DNA of 64,000 nucleotides from contig JBEKHN010000013.1 in NCBI GenBank assembly GCA_050012255.1, forward strand, positions 1-64,000, in the 5' to 3' direction. A program made the translations under genes and the position numbers. Source of the stretch: Candidatus Bathyarchaeia archaeon (GTDB lineage: Archaea > Thermoproteota > Bathyarchaeia > Bathyarchaeales > Bathycorpusculaceae). A model generated the notes under the pieces. It did no database searches. It was not told where the DNA came from and saw only the letters and a list, made by a program, of their open reading frames with translations. Shown here one piece after another: positions 9,786-19,703 of the stretch. Position 1 is the stretch's first letter, and every line of letters starts with the position of its first letter.

Positions 9786-9883
9786 GCATGTGCATGTACA
9801 TTTGCCTGCTTACCGATTTGAGTTGACGGGAAACATCTTATCTTTCCGAGGATGCAACTACTCTGCGAAGGAACCGCCTGATC

Positions 9884-10474
9884 ATGCCTAAACGTGTCAT
9901 GTTGCTGACCGGAACTCCCTGTGTCGGCAAAACCTCCGCAGCACGTCTGCTCACGGTCAAGCTCAACGCCTTATACGTCAACCTAACAGACCTGGCCGTG
10001 CGCAACAAACTTATCTCAGGAAAAGACGAGACGCGAAACACCATCATCGTTGACGAACCACGGATGAAAAAGAAAATCCGCAGCATCATCCAGAAAACAG
10101 ACAAGAAAGAAGTCGTCATCGACGGACACTACGCCGTCAACGTCGTTCCCAAGGAACTCGTGACCCGCGTCTTTGTTCTAAGGCGCGACCCCGTGGAACT
10201 GCGTGGACTCATGGAACACTGCGGATTCCAAGGTCGAAAGCTCTTCGAGAACCTGGCCTCCGAAGTGTTGGACGTCTGCTTGTTCGACGCTCTGAAAGCT
10301 GTTGGTGAGAGGAGAGTCTGCGAGTTAGATGTTACAGGCAAGAGTGTGGAGGAGACAGTCGAGCAGATTCTGTTTCTGCTACGCCATCCCAATGAATGTT
10401 GTGTGGGCGTGGTCGATTGGCTGGGCAAGCTTGAGAACGAAGGCTTGTTGGATGAATACGTGAAGCTTAATTGA
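9884..10474 (+). CDS. Adenylate kinase, archaeal Fap7/AK6-like
   Basis: GTPCVGKT P-loop and VIDGH motif. Confidence 0.88.
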   Translation: MPKRVMLLTGTPCVGKTSAARLLTVKLNALYVNLTDLAVRNKLISGKDETRNTIIVDEPRMKKKIRSIIQKTDKKEVVIDGHYAVNVVPKELVTRVFVLRRDPVELRGLMEHCGFQGRKLFENLASEVLDVCLFDALKAVGERRVCELDVTGKSVEETVEQILFLLRHPNECCVGVVDWLGKLENEGLLDEYVKLN

Positions 10475-10841
10475 CCATGTGTCTGAGGGTTATCTGCTGC
10501 TTCGTCAGCAGCGTAATCTTTCTTCTGTTCGCGTAAGACTTCGCGTGACCGCTGAACTTTCCACCTATGATTATCGGGCTCGAAAGTCCCACGTCTGAGG
10601 AGGCCTTGTCAATGTTAATTATGATGTTCACGCCTATGGTTCTGTTCCAGTCCCTTATCCAGACGCCTTGCGCCACTTGTCCCTTCTGAACTATGAGGTC
10701 GAACTTCTGCGAGATCCCGCTGAAACCCTCGAGCGATGTCTCGTCCTGCTCTATCTTGTAACCATCCTTCTTAAAATAACGTATCACATGCTGAAGCAGG
10801 TTCGGCTCCAGCTTCGGCCTGCTCTCTGCCTCACTGCTCAC
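10467..10841 (-). CDS. Restriction endonuclease-like (Mrr_cat fold) small protein
   Basis: GFSG...FDLIV and FSGHAKSYA..RKITLL patterns; catalytic ExK not evident. Confidence 0.6.
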   Translation of the reverse strand: MSSEAESRPKLEPNLLQHVIRYFKKDGYKIEQDETSLEGFSGISQKFDLIVQKGQVAQGVWIRDWNRTIGVNIIINIDKASSDVGLSSPIIIGGKFSGHAKSYANRRKITLLTKQQITLRHMVN

Positions 10842-10902
10842 CCGCTGTTCCCCCTCTTACGCATAGCGTTATCTAGCGCGACGTGGAAAAGGCTTTCGAT
10901 CA

Positions 10903-11109
10903 GTGGAACACATGGCATCGACCCTCGTAATCGTCTGCCCCAGATGCGGCGGTCTCCTGCTGGCGAAGACTGAAACGAAAACCAGAACCTGCCCCTACTG
11001 CGGTCACACGGTCGCCGTGCAGAAGGCAAGAAAGCTCGCTTCAGCGAAGAGTGCAAGCGAAGCATCAGCGATCCTGCGCAAAATGAAGAGCGAAGCAGCC
11101 AACAGATAA
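10903..11109 (+). CDS. Small zinc-ribbon protein (DUF1922-like)
   Basis: CPRCG...CPYCG. Confidence 0.75.
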   Translation: MEHMASTLVIVCPRCGGLLLAKTETKTRTCPYCGHTVAVQKARKLASAKSASEASAILRKMKSEAANR

Positions 11110-11284
11110 GCCGCCAGACCCGCAAAACCCTCGCGAAGCCAGGCCTCGCAAGCTAGACCTCAACGTTCTGGCACGTCGATGACATCAAGGATGTCGAGTC
11201 AACAGCGCCATGATGGCGAGGGCAACTTTTCAGACAGTTATCTCCACCAGCTCTCTTTTTCGCTTAAGCTGGTCAAGCTCCTCA

Positions 11285-11488
11285 GCGCGCTAGCATGTTC
11301 CTGAATTCTTTTGGGAAGCGGCTTGTGCCGCTCATTCTGCTCTTCAACCATATTTGGCTCATATAGCATACCCGAGGGGGAGGGTGTGAGCACGCAAGCA
11401 CCAAGCTGAACCCTGACAGTAACCATAGAGAAACATCATGCCTTTCCTCTTGAGCGGAATCTAGGAATTTAGGAACAAGCATGCGCGC
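11285..11488. mobile_element. MITE-like element type C, copy 1 (204 bp)
   Basis: Inverted ends GCGCGCTAGCATGTTCCTGAATTC / GAATTTAGGAACAAGCATGCGCGC; interior alignable to 58295-58494. Confidence 0.75.
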
Positions 11489-11546
11489 TATGCTAATAAG
11501 ACATGTTTCCCGATGTTGTGTTGGAAGTCACCTTTCTTGCTAGTGG

Positions 11547-12440
11547 TCAGTTGTCCTTCAGTTTCTTGCGCAGGATCTTTCTGACGTTTTCGACGCGAAA
11601 GCCCAAGCTTCGCAGCAGAGCGATGGAAGACACGTTTTTTTCCGAGGTTCCCAGCCGGACAGTGTTCATTCCTTTTTCGAACAGAAGGTTCATGGCTCGA
11701 GCCGTGAGCGCCGATGCGAGATGCTTGTTTCTGAACGCGGGAAGAGTGGTTGCGGGCCCCAGATAGCCCATTCTGCAGTGCAGATATTTGTTGTAGTCTG
11801 TGTCTGGTTTCGCCACGACCACTGAGACGATTTTTCCAGCGGCTTCGGCGACCTGAACCCATTCCTCGTCGAACGGCGGGTCCTCAGCCTTCCACCTTTC
11901 AAGGTCTCCCAGTTCGAGCCTCTCCCATCCGAACCCCGCATTAACGGTCTCAACGAACTCGGCTTCCTCGCCGGGCCTCAAGGTTCTGAGCGTTATTGCC
12001 TCATCAACTTCGGGAACACGCGTCGGGCCGCGAAGCTCCACCGTCATGCGCTGAAACCCCGGTTCCAGCACGTAGCCTCGACTCTCCCACTCCTTAATTT
12101 CAGGGTTCCTTTCATCTATCATCCTCATGAGCGAGTCGCCCTCCGCGTTCCTCTCAGCCTCGCTCACAAGCATGTCCCTAACGACCTTGCCTTCCGGGGC
12201 TTTGCGAGTGGCGAGCCAGTGAACGTCCTCTCCCCTGTCATCTGCATGGGTTCCGATGAAGCCGACCACGCTTTCATCGTCTTCGGCCACCAGAACTCTG
12301 ATACGGCGCCTCTGAATCTCCGAGACAAATGTCTCCTCGTCAAAAGGGATAAACTCCGGAGAGCCTTCGTACTCCTCGTTCATCAGCTCCGCTAGGAACG
12401 GCAAATGCTTCCGGTCGAGGCTTGAAATCTTGACGGTCAT
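11547..12440 (-). CDS. Tandem GNAT acetyltransferase
   Basis: Two GNAT-like halves; TLPAFRNKHLASAL and N..SIALLRSLGF motifs. Confidence 0.85.
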   Translation of the reverse strand: MTVKISSLDRKHLPFLAELMNEEYEGSPEFIPFDEETFVSEIQRRRIRVLVAEDDESVVGFIGTHADDRGEDVHWLATRKAPEGKVVRDMLVSEAERNAEGDSLMRMIDERNPEIKEWESRGYVLEPGFQRMTVELRGPTRVPEVDEAITLRTLRPGEEAEFVETVNAGFGWERLELGDLERWKAEDPPFDEEWVQVAEAAGKIVSVVVAKPDTDYNKYLHCRMGYLGPATTLPAFRNKHLASALTARAMNLLFEKGMNTVRLGTSEKNVSSIALLRSLGFRVENVRKILRKKLKDN

Positions 12441-12582
12441 GTTCGCGTCAAGCAGAGTTGAAAGAACCTATAAACCTTTAGCCGGTGCGAGGACGCTCAA
12501 CGTGCGCTATTGCCGAGGCCCTGCAGCAACGCTTATTATTCTCGCTCTACGACATTCTTAGGTCAAAAATGAAGGTGAAAGA

Positions 12583-12984
12583 ATGGACCACACAGTCGTT
12601 CATTTCGAAATTCCCGCAAACGACACCGAGAAGATGAAGAAGTTCTATTCAGGAGTCTTCGGATGGAAAATCGAGAAAGGCAGCGAAGAGATGAGCGACG
12701 GCATGGAATATTGGCTTCTGGGAACCGTACCAGTGGACAAGCAGATGAGACCATTGCGACCAGGAATCAACGGAGGCCTCTACAAGAAAACGAAAGAAAC
12801 AAAAGACATGAAGCCCGTCATCTACATCCAAGTCGAGTCCGCCGACGATTACATCGAGAAAATCAAGAAGCTCGGCGGAAAAATCATCGTCCCAAAACAA
12901 GAAGTCCCACAGGTAGGCTGGACCGCAATAGCCGTGGACCCTGAAGGAAACCAATTCGCCATAATGCAACCGATGCACTCATAA
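12583..12984 (+). CDS. VOC/glyoxalase family protein
   Basis: VVHFEIPA, FYSGVFGW, DPEGNQFAI. Confidence 0.9.
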   Translation: MDHTVVHFEIPANDTEKMKKFYSGVFGWKIEKGSEEMSDGMEYWLLGTVPVDKQMRPLRPGINGGLYKKTKETKDMKPVIYIQVESADDYIEKIKKLGGKIIVPKQEVPQVGWTAIAVDPEGNQFAIMQPMHS

Positions 12985-12989
12985 CCGCA

Positions 12990-13006
12990 CTTTTTTTCTT
13001 TTTTTT
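12990..13006 (+). terminator. Poly-T archaeal terminator-like tract
   Basis: Long T tract a few nt after the VOC stop codon. Confidence 0.5.
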
Positions 13007-13167
13007 ACGAGAGCGAACTCACCTTCACATGCATCGTTGCTCAGATCACGGAATTTAAGAAGAATTGCCATAGAGCGGGCGCTGAGCATTAACGACTCTC
13101 AACGACAGCAAGCCATCAGCAAACCGATAGAGATAAACTGCTTAAAAAAAAGAGAACAATGAGTATA

Positions 13168-13355
13168 GCGCGCGCCATTAAAAGTTACTACCCTTGTCGA
13201 GACTCTGCGCTAAGGGCTCAGCACGCGCTCGGCCTCAAGCCCGCACAAATCCACTAGGGCCTTCTCCAACGCCTACGTGCAGTACTAACACCCTAGGGGG
13301 GAGGGGGAGGGTGGAATAGAAGGGGAAAAACGCGAATACAGGGATGTAGCGTTTC
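13168..13355 (+). repeat. Dispersed non-coding repeat B, copy 1
   Basis: Reverse-complement homologue at 23114-23298; starts at GCGCGCGC; contains GGGGGGAGGGGGAGGGTGG. Confidence 0.85.
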
Positions 13356-13483
13356 TAATTCTCACCATCATCAGTTATAAAGTGCGCTTGCCCAAGGAAA
13401 GAGGAACAGAAAAGGATTAATGCACGGTTGAACAAGTGTTGTGCGGTGTCTGAAGTGAGGAATAGCGTTCTCTGTTCGTAAGA

Positions 13484-13499
13484 ACAAAACCTTTAATAC
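13484..13499 (+). promoter_or_regulatory. BRE/TATA-like promoter of leuS (probably leaderless)
   Basis: ACAAAACCTTTAATAC about 26 nt before the ATG at 13525. Confidence 0.5.
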
Positions 13500-13524
13500 T
13501 AAACATCCCAACTCAGACAGTTTC

Positions 13525-16443
13525 ATGGAATTTTCAAGAAAAATCGAAGAGAAATGGCAGAAGAAATGGGAGAAAGCCAGGATCTTCGAAGCAGACCCAG
13601 ATCCGTCGAAGCCTAAGTACTACGTGACCGTGGCTTATCCGTACCCCAACAGTCCGCAGCACATCGGCCACGGAAGAACGTACACGCTCGCAGATGTGCA
13701 CGCGCGGTACATGCGGATGCGCGGCTACAACGTCCTCCTGCCCATGGCTTTTCACTACACGGGCACGCCTGTCCTGGCCATGGCTAAACGGCTCGCAGAC
13801 AACGACAAGGGCCTCATCAGCGACTTCGTCAACGTCTACAAGATCCCAAGAGAAAAACTGAAAGATCTATCTGACCCGATGGCGATGGCCCGCTACTTCC
13901 ACCAAGAAATCAAGAATGGAATGAAAGAAATAGGCTACTCAATCGACTGGAGACGCGAGTTCACAACCATAGACCCGCACTACAACCGCTTCATCGAGTG
14001 GCAGTTCCAAAAACTCCGTCAGGGCGGCTACATAAGCCGTGGAAGCCACCCCGTCGGCTGGTGCCCCAAAGACGGAAACCCAGTGGGCCAGCACGACACG
14101 GTCGGCGACGTGGAACCGGAAATAGGCGAATTCACACTGATAAAGTTCAGACAAGACAGCCTGGTCTATCCGGCGGCCACACTGCGCCCCGAAACAGTCT
14201 TCGGCGTCACAAACATCTGGCTCAACCCCAACAGCACGTATGTGAGAGCCAACGTTGACGGCGAACAGTGGATAATCAGCCAAGAAAGCGCTAAAAAACT
14301 TGTCCACCTCAGCCGAAACGTCAAGGTCACAGCAACCGTCGAAGGAAAAATGCTCATAGGAAAGCACGTTGAAAACCCAGCCACCAACACTAGTATCCTG
14401 ATACTGCCAGCCGACTTCGTCGACCCAAAGAACGCCACCGGCGTAGTCATGTCCGTCCCAGCGCACGCCCCATACGACTACGTCGCCCTAGAAAACATCA
14501 AAAAAACACCAAACAAACTCAAAGACTACGGAATACCAGCCGAAACCATAGACTCAGTCAAACCCATCGGAATGATCGAGGTTCCAGGCTACTCAGAGAT
14601 ACCCGCTGCAGACGCGGTCAAGAAGATGAAGATCCAAGAACAGACCGACCCGAAGCTTGAGGACGCAACGAAGGAAGTCTACAGACACGAGTATCACAAC
14701 GGCAGACTGAAACGAAACACCGGCAAATACACAGGCACATCAGTGGCCGAAGCCAAGGACAGAGTGAAAAGAGACCTGATCCAAGATGGCAAAGCCACAA
14801 CCATGTACGAACTGCTGAACAGACCGGTCTTCTGCCGCTGCAAGACAGAGTGCATAGTCAAAATCTTCGAAGACCAATGGTTCATCGACTACGGAAAACC
14901 AGAGTGGAAAGCACTGGCGCACAGGAACCTCGACAAGATGGAGATACTGCCAGAAGAACTGCGCCAAGAGTTCAGCAACGTGATCGACTGGCTGCATGAG
15001 AAAGCCTGCGCAAGAAAATCAGGCATGGGCACCCGGCTCCCCTGGGACAAAGAATGGATAATAGAATCACTCTCCGACTCCACCATCTACATGGCATACT
15101 ACACGATAGTCAAACACATCAAAGCAAACAGGCTCCAGCCGGGCCAACTGACAGACGAAGTCTTCGACCACATTTTCCTCGGAAAAGGCGAAGCAAAGAA
15201 AATAGCTGAAAAAGTCAACCTAGACACCAAAGTCTTAGAGCAGATGCGCAGCGAATTCACGTACTTCTACCCATTAGACAGCCGCCACTCAGGACGAGAC
15301 CTAGTTCCCAACCACCTGACCTTCATGATATTCAACCACACCGCCATATTCCCCGAAGGCCTGTGGCCACGCCAGATAGCAACCAACGGCAGCGTGATGA
15401 TGGAAGGCTCAAAGATGAGCAAGTCCTTCGGAAACATAATCCCACTCAGGGAAGGCCTGAAGAAGTACGGTGCAGACCCCGTAAGGCTCAGCGTCATGTC
15501 AACCGCAGAACTGCTACAGGACGCCGACTTCAGCCCCACAATCGCCAAGGCGATGCGCGACAGGGTTGAACGCCTCATCAAGTTTGCTTCCAAACTCATG
15601 AAAGCTTCGGAAAAAAGAAAGACCACAAGGCAGCCGCTCACAGCCATAGACAGGTGGATGCTGAGCCGACTGCAGGAACACGTCAAGAAAGCGACTGAAG
15701 CCATGGACAAACTCGCCGTGCGCAAGGCAATACACGGCGTCATGTACGGGCTGGACCAAGATTTCCAGTGGTATCAAAGACGCACGGCACAACACAGCGG
15801 AAAGAGAAAGCTCGCAATCGCGCAGGTGCACCATCAGGTCACAGAAGCTCAGGTCAGAATGCTAGCCCCAGTCGCTCCACACACATGCGAAGAGCTGTGG
15901 GAGATGATGGGCGGCGAAGGCTTCGTTTCACTCAGCTCATGGCCAATTCCAGACGAGTCAAAAGTGGATATTCGAGCCGAGGAAAATGAGGCTCTCATCA
16001 CGAGCGTATTGGAAGACACGTTGAACATCACAAAAGCAACAGGGGCAACACCGAAGAAAATATTCTACTACGTAGCTGCCAGTTGGAAGTGGCAAACTTG
16101 GCTAAAAGCCTTGGAACGATCCATGTCAGCGAAGATCTCACAGAAAGACCTGATGAAAGAGCTGATGGCAAACGGTGAAATGAGAGCAAAGGCTGAAAAA
16201 GTGTCCAAGTTCACTGCGCAAATCACAGATGACTTGAACAGGATGGCAGAAGAAAGAAAGAAAAGACTGGTGCAGATCAAGCTAGTGGACGAAGCCCAAG
16301 CCTTGAAAGAAGCCAAGAACTTCTTCGAGAAAGAACTCAACGCTGAAGTAAGCATATATGATGAAGAGGACGCAGAACGCTACGACCCGAGGACGAGGGC
16401 GCAAGTCGCCAAACCGGGTCGCCCTGCAATCTTCATAGAATAA
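13525..16443 (+). CDS. leuS: Leucine--tRNA ligase (archaeal type)
   Basis: AYPYPNSPQHIGH, TLRPET, KMSKS, KPGRPAIFIE C-terminus. Confidence 0.97.
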   Translation: MEFSRKIEEKWQKKWEKARIFEADPDPSKPKYYVTVAYPYPNSPQHIGHGRTYTLADVHARYMRMRGYNVLLPMAFHYTGTPVLAMAKRLADNDKGLISDFVNVYKIPREKLKDLSDPMAMARYFHQEIKNGMKEIGYSIDWRREFTTIDPHYNRFIEWQFQKLRQGGYISRGSHPVGWCPKDGNPVGQHDTVGDVEPEIGEFTLIKFRQDSLVYPAATLRPETVFGVTNIWLNPNSTYVRANVDGEQWIISQESAKKLVHLSRNVKVTATVEGKMLIGKHVENPATNTSILILPADFVDPKNATGVVMSVPAHAPYDYVALENIKKTPNKLKDYGIPAETIDSVKPIGMIEVPGYSEIPAADAVKKMKIQEQTDPKLEDATKEVYRHEYHNGRLKRNTGKYTGTSVAEAKDRVKRDLIQDGKATTMYELLNRPVFCRCKTECIVKIFEDQWFIDYGKPEWKALAHRNLDKMEILPEELRQEFSNVIDWLHEKACARKSGMGTRLPWDKEWIIESLSDSTIYMAYYTIVKHIKANRLQPGQLTDEVFDHIFLGKGEAKKIAEKVNLDTKVLEQMRSEFTYFYPLDSRHSGRDLVPNHLTFMIFNHTAIFPEGLWPRQIATNGSVMMEGSKMSKSFGNIIPLREGLKKYGADPVRLSVMSTAELLQDADFSPTIAKAMRDRVERLIKFASKLMKASEKRKTTRQPLTAIDRWMLSRLQEHVKKATEAMDKLAVRKAIHGVMYGLDQDFQWYQRRTAQHSGKRKLAIAQVHHQVTEAQVRMLAPVAPHTCEELWEMMGGEGFVSLSSWPIPDESKVDIRAEENEALITSVLEDTLNITKATGATPKKIFYYVAASWKWQTWLKALERSMSAKISQKDLMKELMANGEMRAKAEKVSKFTAQITDDLNRMAEERKKRLVQIKLVDEAQALKEAKNFFEKELNAEVSIYDEEDAERYDPRTRAQVAKPGRPAIFIE

Positions 16444-16481
16444 AATATATCAACTAAGCCCGTCTTTTTAGTTCCGAAAAT

Positions 16482-16592
16482 GGATCCGTAGCGCAGCATG
16501 GATGCAGGTTACGCCATAAAGCGCGTCGGCCTTCTAAAGCCGAGGCTGAGGAAAGCCGAAAGTCCTGGGTTCAAATCCCAGCGGATCCGCCA
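16482..16592 (+). tRNA. tRNA-Arg(TCT) with two introns (D-loop 16504-16519; anticodon loop 16537-16553)
   Basis: Acceptor GGATCCG/CGGATCC + G + CCA, T-arm CTGGG-TTCAAAT-CCCAG; removing two BHB-type introns gives a normal cloverleaf. Confidence 0.9.
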
Positions 16593-16856
16593 ATTAAACT
16601 CAGCCAATTTTGTCATGGTGAACGCTTTCTGTCAAATCATAATTGGATCACATATTGAACCGTGTAGGGCACCCGCACGCACATTCACAACCGTAGGACC
16701 TAGATGGCCCCAGTATGTGTTCCCAAGCTTCCCTTTTTCAGCCGCAAGAGGGTCAGTGCGCGTGTAAACAACGCTTCGCAAGCCCAGAGCACCTAACATC
16801 CATAGGCGAAGCTGACCAGAAGCGCAACCCACCTCGCAGAAAAGATTAGGAGACAA

Positions 16857-17051
16857 GCGCGCTGCCTTCTCCCTTTATTGTGCGTTCGCACTTGAACTGC
16901 CCACTCGGCTCAGCATCCGACCTGAACAGCCTCACCGTTTTCAAGGATGCTCGTTAACTGTATATGTAAAGTGTATATGCAAAGTGTATATGCAAATTGT
17001 ATATGCTTTTAAATTCGTGTTTTTTGCGAATTTAGGGACAAGCCAGCGCGC
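16857..17051. repeat. GCGCGC-bounded element A, copy 1, with four 13-bp tandem units
   Basis: (AAAGTGTATATGC)x~4 at ~16958-17006; right end GAATTTAGGGACAAGCCAGCGCGC resembles the C/D termini. Confidence 0.8.
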
Positions 17052-17190
17052 TAACTGTTCTTCTTGTGAAAGCGGAAATTATAAATCAGTAATGAAATAA
17101 TAGAGTGTAATCACTTCAGTATTTGACTCATCTCTGTATAAGGGGGGTAGGATTACGAGCACTCACGCAGAAGACTTAAAACTTCGCCTA

Positions 17191-17913
17191 ATGACGATCG
17201 AGCTGCTTAGGACTGCAAAGTATAAGAGAAACATCACCTACCGCGAACTGGCCTCAAAAACCGGTTTGCCCGTCACCGTGCTAAGTAGATACGCAAAGGG
17301 ACACGTCCTTCCAAACACCTCGAGGGCGAAGCAGCTGTGGAAGGTTCTCACGAAACTCGTTGGCCTTGAAACCGAGCTTCGTAGCAGAATAAAGTTTGAT
17401 GAAGAAGGATACTTCGACAACACGGAAATCATAGGCGATTTCAACATCCTCCAGCAGGCGGCAAACCACGCGCTCGCCGACTTTGCTGGAAAAAGAGTGA
17501 CAAGAGTTCTCTCCGCAGCCGTGGACGGCATCCCGCTGGCAACAATGGTTGCCAACGCCCTCGGCGTGAACCTGGTGATCGCGAAGCGAAGCAAGGAGGT
17601 CGGCGTCAAGGCCTTCCTTGAGGAAACATACGTTCTCATGAAGGGATCAGGCGTCACGAACACGCTTTACATTCCCAAAGAAGCCATCAGGAAGCGCGAC
17701 AGCGTCCTGATCGTGGACGACATGATCAAGTCGGGCGAAACGCAGGCCGCATTGGTGAACTTGGTTCGGAAAGCGAAAGCTGAGATGTCAGGAGTTTTCT
17801 TCCTCATAGCCGTCGGCGACGAGTGGAAGAAGACCCTCAAGCTTTCAGGCGAATGCCCGATAGAAGTGATCACGTACGTCAAGCCGCCGTACGACCAGAG
17901 CACGCGCTACTAG
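17191..17913 (+). CDS. HTH + phosphoribosyltransferase domain protein (PurR/APRT-like)
   Basis: YRELASKTGLPVTVLSRY HTH; VLIVDDMIKSGET PRPP-binding motif. Confidence 0.88.
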   Translation: MTIELLRTAKYKRNITYRELASKTGLPVTVLSRYAKGHVLPNTSRAKQLWKVLTKLVGLETELRSRIKFDEEGYFDNTEIIGDFNILQQAANHALADFAGKRVTRVLSAAVDGIPLATMVANALGVNLVIAKRSKEVGVKAFLEETYVLMKGSGVTNTLYIPKEAIRKRDSVLIVDDMIKSGETQAALVNLVRKAKAEMSGVFFLIAVGDEWKKTLKLSGECPIEVITYVKPPYDQSTRY

Positions 17914-18603
17914 CTAGAGAAACGGGGGACTTTTCCCCTTTCTGAAATAATCCTTGCCCAGTCTTAGCAGGGCAGTTTCAAAGTTGACGAAAGACTTTCC
18001 GCTGAGCTCGTTTCTCGCCCAGAAAACCTTCAGCTGCCTCAAAGCGTCTTCCGCAGTTGCCTCTTTCTTCACGATTCCAAACCGTTTCGCCGCCTCGACG
18101 ACCAGTGGCGTCGGACTGGGATCAGCTTTCCGCCAAAACCCACGCAGTTCTCTCAGGAAAACGCTCACAGTTACGTCACCGATGCCCTTACCCAAGGCTT
18201 TCAGCCTCCTCTCCAAGTCGCGAGCATCAAAGGCCTGAACGTGGATCAGGTTAAGGCTTCCCCGGTACGTTTCGGTCAGGTTTCGCATAACCTCCAGCAG
18301 CTTGTCCGCAGTCTTAAAGTCGTAGCGCGTGTAGCTTCCTTCGTCCAGGATCTTGACAAGCCCATCCCAACCTCTGTCAAGTATCTTCTTAGGCGTCAAG
18401 GCATCATACTTTTCGAAGCACTTGTAGGTCTTGATGACAGAGGATTCAGTTATCGGCGCACCGAAAAGCAAAGACGCCAGGAACCACTTGAAAACCTCTC
18501 TATCGTTCCCCGACGAGAGATTTATGCCTAGAGTTTCGGAGTATTTCTGCCCTAGGCTTTCAACAAGAGCTTTGACACTTTCCTTTTTCAATACGTTTTT
18601 CAC
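17914..18603 (-). CDS. HhH-GPD-like DNA glycosylase-fold protein
   Basis: FKWFLASLLFG, RYDFKTA, LGKGIGDVTVSVFLRE helix-hairpin-helix. Confidence 0.7.
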   Translation of the reverse strand: MKNVLKKESVKALVESLGQKYSETLGINLSSGNDREVFKWFLASLLFGAPITESSVIKTYKCFEKYDALTPKKILDRGWDGLVKILDEGSYTRYDFKTADKLLEVMRNLTETYRGSLNLIHVQAFDARDLERRLKALGKGIGDVTVSVFLRELRGFWRKADPSPTPLVVEAAKRFGIVKKEATAEDALRQLKVFWARNELSGKSFVNFETALLRLGKDYFRKGKSPPFL

Positions 18604-18656
18604 CTACCAACAAGGCTTATACGGTCAAGCCATAAACGGTTTACGAGGATGAAACT

Positions 18657-19676
18657 GTGCGGACCATAGAATGGCGCAAAGGAACGGTTGCAACGATAGA
18701 CCAGACAAAGCTTCCAGACGAAGAAACGCGCATCATCATCAAGAACTGCGGCGAAATGGCTGAAGCAATAAGGTCGATGAGAATAAGGGGTGCGCCTCTC
18801 CTGGGCGTTGCAGCTGCTTTTGCGCTGGCCTTGACAGCTTTTGACTCGAAAGCAAAGAGTAAGGAGGAATTGATTGACGAGTTGGAGGAGGCAGCAGACA
18901 CCATCAGACGAACAAGGCCGACTGCTGTCAACCTTTTCTGGGCCCTGGACAGGATCCTGACCAAAGCTAAAGCACTGCCTGGAAACCGTGATGCCATAGC
19001 CGGCTTCGTGGTAGAGGAAGCAAAGAAGATAGCTGATGAGGACGCGGCGGCAAACCGGGCGATTGGCAAGTATGGCGCGGAGCTCGTTCATGACGGAGAC
19101 GTCATACTGACGCACTGCAACGCTGGGGCTTTGGCTACAGTCGAGTATGGCACTGCTCTCGGCGTTATTCGAGCAGCTTGGGAACAGGGAAAACGCATCA
19201 AAGTGATCGCGGCTGAGACTCGCCCGCTCTTGCAGGGCGCACGACTGTCAGTTTACGAGCTTAAGAAAGAGGGTATACCGGTCACGTTGATCACCGACAA
19301 CATGGTCGGATACCTGATGTATAAGAAGATGGTCAATAAGGTCTTGGTCGGTGCAGACAGGATAGTCAGAGACGCGGTAATTAACAAGGTTGGAACGTTC
19401 ACAGTCGCTGTTCTGGCCAGAGAGCATAAGGTTCCCTTTTACGTTGCCGCACCAAGCTCAACGTTCGACCTTGTTCACACTTCAAGACAGGTTGTTATCG
19501 AGGAACGAAAGCCAGAGGAGGTCACCCACATAGGCTCAAAGCGCATCACCGTCGAGGGAGTGGACGTGCTAAACCCGGCTTTCGACATAACTCCACTCAA
19601 GTACGTGACAGCGATAATCTGTGAAAAAGGCGTGTTACCACCGGAATATTTCAGGGAGCACAAAGCCAACCGCTAA
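18657..19676 (+). CDS. mtnA: Methylthioribose-1-phosphate isomerase (eIF-2B alpha family)
   Basis: IRGAP, RPTAVNL, THCNAGALAT, ETRP..QG, NPAFD. Confidence 0.92.
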   Translation: MRTIEWRKGTVATIDQTKLPDEETRIIIKNCGEMAEAIRSMRIRGAPLLGVAAAFALALTAFDSKAKSKEELIDELEEAADTIRRTRPTAVNLFWALDRILTKAKALPGNRDAIAGFVVEEAKKIADEDAAANRAIGKYGAELVHDGDVILTHCNAGALATVEYGTALGVIRAAWEQGKRIKVIAAETRPLLQGARLSVYELKKEGIPVTLITDNMVGYLMYKKMVNKVLVGADRIVRDAVINKVGTFTVAVLAREHKVPFYVAAPSSTFDLVHTSRQVVIEERKPEEVTHIGSKRITVEGVDVLNPAFDITPLKYVTAIICEKGVLPPEYFREHKANR

Positions 19677-19703
19677 TAGGAAGATACGATAACTTCATGA
19701 CAG

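Noticed and set aside
11238-11482. ORFs inside element C (and 48571-48945 across element D)
   Set aside because: No recognisable protein features and no equivalent ORF listed for the second copy of either element.
13534-16355. Many minus-strand ORFs within leuS (likewise within EF-2, rtcB, aRF1, hisS)
   Set aside because: Antisense shadows of well-supported genes.
16498-16856. ORFs 16498-16767 and 16632-16856
   Set aside because: The first overlaps tRNA-Arg; the second has no recognisable motif; no SRP or other ncRNA signature was found there.
16958-17006. CRISPR array
   Set aside because: 13-bp units are contiguous with no spacers, and no cas genes are in the window.
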